DNA of 64,000 nucleotides, taken from the NCBI GenBank assembly GCA_050633305.1, contig JBOEGF010000002.1:249624-313623 (forward strand), given 5' to 3'. This DNA comes from Nannocystales bacterium (lineage in GTDB: Bacteria; Myxococcota_A; Polyangia; Nannocystales; Nannocystaceae). The position numbers and the translations under genes were made by a program. Below the pieces are notes generated by a model. That model was given only the letters and a program-made list of their open reading frames with translations. It did not search any database and had not been told where the DNA came from. Below, one piece after another: positions 58,979 through 64,000 of the stretch. Numbering within the stretch: position 1 is the stretch's first letter; every line of letters begins with the position of its first letter.

Positions 58979-59776
58979 TCAGTGAAGCAGGAGCTGCAGC
59001 GAGAGCGTCTCGTCGAGCGCCTCGAGGATCTCGAGGGCCGGCGCCCACTGAAGCGCGCCCCGAAATCGGACGCCAACGACTTCGCAGTTCGGCAGACCAA
59101 AGTGCGGAGCCTTCAAAGCCTGGAGCAGTTCCGAGAGGCGGTCGGGGCCTGTGTAGACGTGGCTGATCGACGGGTAGCCGATCGACACCGGTGGCTCGCT
59201 GGCGGCTGCGGGAGAGTCCAACGAGAGCGCGGTGGCCGGGGAGGGTTCGAAAGAGAGCCGCGCGCCGAAGCCGTTGTTGGTCAGCTGCGGATATCGACTC
59301 AGATGGATGCGATCCGGCTCGACGTCGACGCTCACTCGGGAGCAGCGCGGAGGCGGTCGGTCGGTCGCATCCGCCGGCGGGAGCCTGAACCGGAGCCCGA
59401 GTACCCGCAGCGGGGTCTTCTCGCCGCCGACCGGTATGCGGACGACTCCAGAGTCGGGGAGTATGATTTCGGGTAACGCGGCGAGCACGTTCTCGACGGG
59501 GACGTCATCATCGGGCAGCAAGACATCTGGCTCGCCGGAGCAGGCCCTGCGCAGGTCACCTTCGTGTCGCTTGGTTCGAAGCGCGTCGAGAATCTCGAGG
59601 GGTGTGCCCTGCGAGAGGACGGTCGTCTCCGAGTGGATGCCCGATTGGACCGAAAACTCGCCCGGCGAAAGGGTGACCAGGTTGGGTAGAGGCGAGCAAC
59701 TGGCGTCGGGTCCGGGGGTGGGCGTGGCGGTGCAGCCTGCGACTAGCGCAACACAGCCACAGAGCAGCCGGCTCAT
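58979..59776 (-). CDS. Hypothetical lipoprotein
   Basis: LVAGC lipobox after MSRLLCGC; start uncertain. Confidence 0.5.
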   Translation of the reverse strand: MSRLLCGCVALVAGCTATPTPGPDASCSPLPNLVTLSPGEFSVQSGIHSETTVLSQGTPLEILDALRTKRHEGDLRRACSGEPDVLLPDDDVPVENVLAALPEIILPDSGVVRIPVGGEKTPLRVLGLRFRLPPADATDRPPPRCSRVSVDVEPDRIHLSRYPQLTNNGFGARLSFEPSPATALSLDSPAAASEPPVSIGYPSISHVYTGPDRLSELLQALKAPHFGLPNCEVVGVRFRGALQWAPALEILEALDETLSLQLLLH

Positions 59777-59891
59777 CACAACTCTTGGACACCCGGACAT
59801 CGTGGCAGGTTCTACACGACTGCGGTTTGTTCCAGGCGCCTGGTTTGCGGGGTCAGTCCGAGGCGCTTGGTCGTGCCGAGCCGACCCTGCA

Positions 59892-60593
59892 TCACGGCGC
59901 GCGCGACTCGGCACAGCGAAAGCCGATCCTCGCAGAACGCACCTCCGAGACGCGCTCTTGGGGATCCGTCACCCACTCGGAGACGTTCCCAACCAGGTCG
60001 TAGATGCCGTGCACACTGCGACCTTGTGGTGCAGCGCCGACCGGCGCCGTCGGGCCCCGCAGCAGAGGGCAATCATTTTGCCACGTCGACATCGTCGAAC
60101 ACGTGGGCTCGGACTCTCCCCATGGCCACGTCCGCCCCTCCGCCCCTCCAACGATCTCCCATCGCTGCTCCGCGCCTGTGGGGAGTCGGCGACCTTGCCA
60201 GCTGCAATACGCCTGAGCCTGCCCGAGGTCCACGCAGTTCACAGGGAACCCATCCCGGTCGGAGAAGCTGGAGTTGCACGTGCGTTGTTTTCTTCGCTGG
60301 CAGCCGGGTAGCGGCGTCTCACACCAACCGTCGTCCTTCTGCCCGAGCTCGAGCTCGCCGCTGCACGCCCCTGCCTGGACACACTCGTCGTACTGGCGAA
60401 CGGTCACTTCCGTCGCCTCCAGGCAGTAGGCAGCAATCTCCACCCTTTGGCCGCCACCATCGTCGAGCACGCCTCCTGGGATCGGGACGCAACCGGTCCG
60501 ACTCGTTCCGGACGAGTCGGCACCGGGGGCCATGGAGCCTGGCAGCGCGCAGCCCATGGACAGGGCAAGCCAGGTGAGGAACGCGGTCCGCAT
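59892..60593 (-). CDS. SUMF1/FGE-sulfatase domain lipoprotein (internally shortened)
   Basis: SMGC lipobox; TEVTVRQY, PVNCV, RRLPT, WPWG, DLVGNVSEW, GFRC; lacks RGGS(W/F). Confidence 0.75.
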   Translation of the reverse strand: MRTAFLTWLALSMGCALPGSMAPGADSSGTSRTGCVPIPGGVLDDGGGQRVEIAAYCLEATEVTVRQYDECVQAGACSGELELGQKDDGWCETPLPGCQRRKQRTCNSSFSDRDGFPVNCVDLGQAQAYCSWQGRRLPTGAEQRWEIVGGAEGRTWPWGESEPTCSTMSTWQNDCPLLRGPTAPVGAAPQGRSVHGIYDLVGNVSEWVTDPQERVSEVRSARIGFRCAESRAP

Positions 60594-60655
60594 CGCGCGG
60601 TTCGAACGCCCCACGACCCCTCGTCCTTTCAGGTCAAGAGAGTTCTGGTGCTGAG

Positions 60656-61336
60656 CTATGGGCGGACCTGTGGCGTCAACAGCACCGGGTGTTCCACTGA
60701 GTATCCGCCTTCGTACGGCAGGCCGATCGCCTCGACAATCGCCACCGTCGCGTCGACGGCCGGTAGGCGAAACGCTCGAGCGACGCGAACCTTCCGGCAC
60801 GGCCCGAGAGCTTGGGGAGGCGCGGCGAGGCCTGAGGTGCCGAGGCATCCGTAGCTATCCAAGACGACAACACCGGCCTTCGAGTGGTCTGCGGAGCGCA
60901 CACGCACACGAAGGCGCTCCCCGTACACGGGCGGGTCGAGCGGATTCGGCTGCCAGGTGAGCCGTCGGACTCGGCGAGCCTGCGCTGCGAAACGCCACCG
61001 GCGCTCCTTCTTTCCCTGCCGCAGCCGCGCCACGAGGCGGTCGATGTTGCCCTCCCCATCCTCGGCGGTCTCATCGGGCGGCCCAGCACGAGGCCAGCTG
61101 CGAACCTCAACCACGGTGCCTGCACGAGGGCCGGACAGCGTCATGTAGATCTGCCCCGTGCGCCCCTCCCCATCCCCGTGGCGGATCGTCTGGAAGTACG
61201 CCTTGCCGTCACGGGCGGCGTATCCGAGGAAGGAGATCGTTTTCTCCCCCCCGGATGTCGCGCCGGCGATTTCTGGCGTCGATAGGGCGAGGATCACGAG
61301 AGCCGCGGTCGAGACGAGCAGACGCACCAATGACAC
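60656..61336 (-). CDS. Secreted hypothetical protein
   Basis: Hydrophobic signal, then ATSGG..FLGY; start uncertain. Confidence 0.5.
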   Translation of the reverse strand: MSLVRLLVSTAALVILALSTPEIAGATSGGEKTISFLGYAARDGKAYFQTIRHGDGEGRTGQIYMTLSGPRAGTVVEVRSWPRAGPPDETAEDGEGNIDRLVARLRQGKKERRWRFAAQARRVRRLTWQPNPLDPPVYGERLRVRVRSADHSKAGVVVLDSYGCLGTSGLAAPPQALGPCRKVRVARAFRLPAVDATVAIVEAIGLPYEGGYSVEHPVLLTPQVRP

Positions 61337-61610
61337 TGACGCACCAACGGGGCGTGGACATTTCAAACGTGAGCTCTGGCTCCAATGAGCACCGCTCAAC
61401 CCCTGCCTTCGACAACACCCGCCTGCTCCGGACACAGAGCGCCTCCGAGTGACCGCGGACTCGAAGGGCAACCTGCCTCCCTGCACGCCTCGCTTCGTGG
61501 GTCCGCATGCCAACTCCGCTTCCCTTGGCCTGCCCCGGGCCTGTGCACGACGGTGATGCGGATCTGTGCGGCCGGCTGACGACGCTCGCGATGGATGAGC
61601 AACGTGCAGT

Positions 61611-62075
61611 TCAGGGATACTCGCAGGCCGGTGGTGGCCCGGGGAACCTCCCGTTGCAGAACATGCCCTCCGGGCAGGTCGTCTCGTCGACCGAGCAGGA
61701 AAGCCGACACAGCGACCCGCGAGAACTCTTCACGCAACTGGCCACCGCATCTCCTTCTGGCGGGGCCGGGCAATCCATTCTCGCCATGTCACATGCGGGC
61801 GTGCAATAGCCCGCGGCTTCCGAGCAGCGGAGACCCGCCACGCACTCCTCGTCGTCAGCGCACTGGTCATAGGCACCTCCGAGACTCGCTCCGGCCGTGC
61901 TCGCCGACCCGGACCTGGTGCCCGTGGACGTGACCCCTCCCGTGGTCGTCGCCCCACCGGTGGAGTCGCTCTCCCCGGGACCGTCATCGCCGATCGACCG
62001 CTCCGGTGCCACAGGATCTGCAGCCTCACTTGCAACCGCCACAGCACGGGTGGAGACGCGTCCGAGCGTCGCCAC
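61611..62075 (-). CDS. Cys-rich protein, possibly an N-terminally degraded lipoprotein
   Basis: T/G/S linker; GAYDQC..C..GYCTPAC..DCP..CRLSC..CPEGMFC; no intact lipobox. Confidence 0.55.
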   Translation of the reverse strand: MATLGRVSTRAVAVASEAADPVAPERSIGDDGPGESDSTGGATTTGGVTSTGTRSGSASTAGASLGGAYDQCADDEECVAGLRCSEAAGYCTPACDMARMDCPAPPEGDAVASCVKSSRGSLCRLSCSVDETTCPEGMFCNGRFPGPPPACEYP

Positions 62076-62116
62076 ACAATAGGACTTGCGAGCCGCGCTC
62101 CATGCTATCCGGGGAC

Positions 62117-62554
62117 ATGGCGTGGACAAACACCGTCTCGAGCATCGCCAACCCCGACGTGCGGGCCAAGTTCGAGACGTACCCGCCCGCGATGCAAACG
62201 AAGCTCCTGCGGCTACGGCGACTGATCGTCGAGAGCGCGCGGGAACACGGCGTGCTGGGCACACTCCAAGAGACGTTGAAGTGGAACGAGCCGAGTTACC
62301 TCGCAAAGGGTGGCAGTGCGGTTCGCTTCGACTACAAGCCAGCGATGCCCGACCGCTACGCGTTGTACTTCCAGTGTCAGACCAAACTGATCGCGACGTT
62401 CCGTGAAGTCCATCGCGACGCCTTCGAGTTCGAGGGCAACCGTGCGATCGTGCTCAAGCGGTCGGCCAAGGTTCTGGTCCGGCCACTCAAGCACTGCATC
62501 GGCCTGGCCCTTCGATACCACTCGATCAAGCACTTGCCGCTCCTTGGAGCGTGA
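62117..62554 (+). CDS. DUF1801 (YdhG-like) protein
   Basis: ETLKWNEPSY..YFQCQT.LI.TFR..FEGNRA..LALRYH. Confidence 0.88.
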   Translation: MAWTNTVSSIANPDVRAKFETYPPAMQTKLLRLRRLIVESAREHGVLGTLQETLKWNEPSYLAKGGSAVRFDYKPAMPDRYALYFQCQTKLIATFREVHRDAFEFEGNRAIVLKRSAKVLVRPLKHCIGLALRYHSIKHLPLLGA

Positions 62555-62698
62555 GCTTCGCAAGCATCCCGCCACGCGTAGGCGTCAATCATCGACGGGC
62601 GTTCGCGCAAGGCCACGGCGTTCGAAACGAGTGTGGGCTGCGACCGCCTGGATGCAGAAAACATGGACGGCACGAACTCGGTGTCGTGCGCGGCCGAG

Positions 62699-63487
62699 TC
62701 AGTCGACTTCGTAGGTCACATGCACGACGGTGATCACGTCCTTCTCCAGAGAAGACTTGTCGTTGTAGCCCTCCCACGATGTTGCAGTGGAGTTGGCGGG
62801 GTTGATGTTGATCACGCCCATGTGGGTGTCGACGATCCCTCCCAGGTGTGCCCCGCCGGCGGCTTCCAGGATCCGCTCGGCTCGCTCCCGAGCGTCTGCC
62901 GAAGCCTCGGCGAGGATCTCGATCTTGAGGTCCTCGAGCCCGGTGTAGTGGTACTGGGGCGGGGACGACTCGATGGGGATGTTCTGATCGAGGAGCCCAG
63001 TGATCTCTCTCGAGACCGCTTCGACCTTGTCGACGTCGTCGCTGGTGACGGTGAGGGTTTGGCCTGCGAAGAAGCCGTCGAGACGCGAGTGCGACACCGC
63101 CTCTTCGCCCACCTGTTCGTACTCGGTCTTGTAGGACGCCGAGACTTCGGTGGAGGAGATGCGGATCTCATCGCGTTCGATGCCGTGGTCGATGAGATAG
63201 GCGACCGCTTTCTCCACGTCGGTGTGAACTTTCCGGTAGGCGGCCGCGCGTGATGGAGCCCGGTGACGGATTGTGGCGTTCCACTCGAGCAGATCGGAGG
63301 TGATCCGCTGTGTGGCAGAGCCGGTCACGCGGATCGTGTTGCGCTTCGTTTTGACCTGGTACCAAGCCGTTGCGGCGATCGAGACCGAAGCGACGATGCT
63401 CAGCGGCACCAGTAGCCGCGTTGCCCAGCCGCGGATCGCTGCGCTGCGGGTAAGCATGTGGGGGTCGGTTGGTTGGGTTTCGGACAT
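62699..63487 (-). CDS. SIMPL (DUF541) domain protein
   Basis: N-terminal TM; TIRVTGSA..I.SD..W; DARERAE; GVINI; EKDV..VV.VTY. Confidence 0.88.
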   Translation of the reverse strand: MSETQPTDPHMLTRSAAIRGWATRLLVPLSIVASVSIAATAWYQVKTKRNTIRVTGSATQRITSDLLEWNATIRHRAPSRAAAYRKVHTDVEKAVAYLIDHGIERDEIRISSTEVSASYKTEYEQVGEEAVSHSRLDGFFAGQTLTVTSDDVDKVEAVSREITGLLDQNIPIESSPPQYHYTGLEDLKIEILAEASADARERAERILEAAGGAHLGGIVDTHMGVININPANSTATSWEGYNDKSSLEKDVITVVHVTYEVD

Positions 63488-63933
63488 GCGTACCTATCGC
63501 CGTAGACGGGACGGGCACGCGGCCGCCGAGTTGCAGCGTGCGCCTCTTCTTTCTGCCGGGCTCACCCGACGTTACGCTCGTGTGCAACGCCTTCCTCGTC
63601 GCAGAGCGGGCGCGGTCTTCTTCCCCCCGGTGGGCACCGTCAAGCACGCAGGTCGTGCCCTCGAAGAGGCGGCCTGAACGTCATGTTCCCGACTCGATGA
63701 TCCGCACGACGATCGCCCTTGCCAAGGCGGTCCGCATTTGTTGGTTGCCTCGATGTCCGTGTCGCCTGCGACCTCGACAACCGGACGATGGGGACCTGAC
63801 CTGCCGTCACCGCAGGTTGCCGCGCTGAACTGGCGGCAGTGTGCACGGCGGGCCGCGAGCGAGCGCGATCGTGGAGCAGCGGCTCTGCGGCCGGGTGTGG
63901 ATTGGGGTGCGACCAGCGTTGGGTCGAGCCCGG

Positions 63934-64000
63934 CTAGAACAGGGAATACGCAAACGGGGCGATGTAGGCGAGGCCGCCGGTCAGCCACAGGAGCACGCCT
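63934..64000 (-). CDS. C-terminus of a DUF5989-like small membrane protein (partial, runs off the window)
   Basis: Reads GVLLWLTGGLAYIAPFAYSLF*, matching the family's APF(I)Y(T)LF ending. Confidence 0.6.
   Translation of the reverse strand, partial: GVLLWLTGGLAYIAPFAYSLF

Noticed and set aside
59892..60000. DGR target hypothesis for the SUMF1 gene
   Set aside because: No reverse transcriptase or adenine-variant template repeat is seen in the window.

Overview
This is a high-GC, lipoprotein-rich accessory region. The gene families (Ser/Thr/Gly-linker lipoproteins, DUF1552/DUF1592 pair, Cys-rich CxDLxxDxxNCGxCG repeats, DxLFVxDNS vWA-like paralogs, ECF/TPR anti-sigma trio) suggest a Myxococcota genome, probably Nannocystaceae-like; this is an inference. 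About 50 CDS are supported, including xth, a POT transporter, a hybrid histidine kinase, a BlaI/M56 pair, an S8 protease, TetR/VOC, an amidase, a pentaheme cytochrome c and a SIMPL protein. I saw no rRNA, tRNA or CRISPR array. Most notable observations: (1) an identical bipartite motif TTACTGAGT-N11-TGGACA precedes both an ECF sigma gene and the divergent 4-gene vWA-lipoprotein operon, predicting the promoter and regulon of that ECF; (2) a RAYT/Y1 HUH transposase carries GACAGGT/ACCTGTC REP-like inverted motifs that also bracket a neighbouring lipoprotein gene, beside a duplicated end-segment and a broken macrodomain gene; (3) an unannotated 55-aa double-glycine leader peptide lies upstream of a lipoprotein S8 protease; (4) signal-peptide-less peptidoglycan-targeting proteins occur as a LysM-PGB/amidase operon and an OmpA-PGB-glycoside hydrolase fusion; (5) a degenerate kinase is paired with an atypical regulator; (6) two short direct-repeat scars bracket gene cassettes. 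All family assignments are by motif recognition, without database searches.
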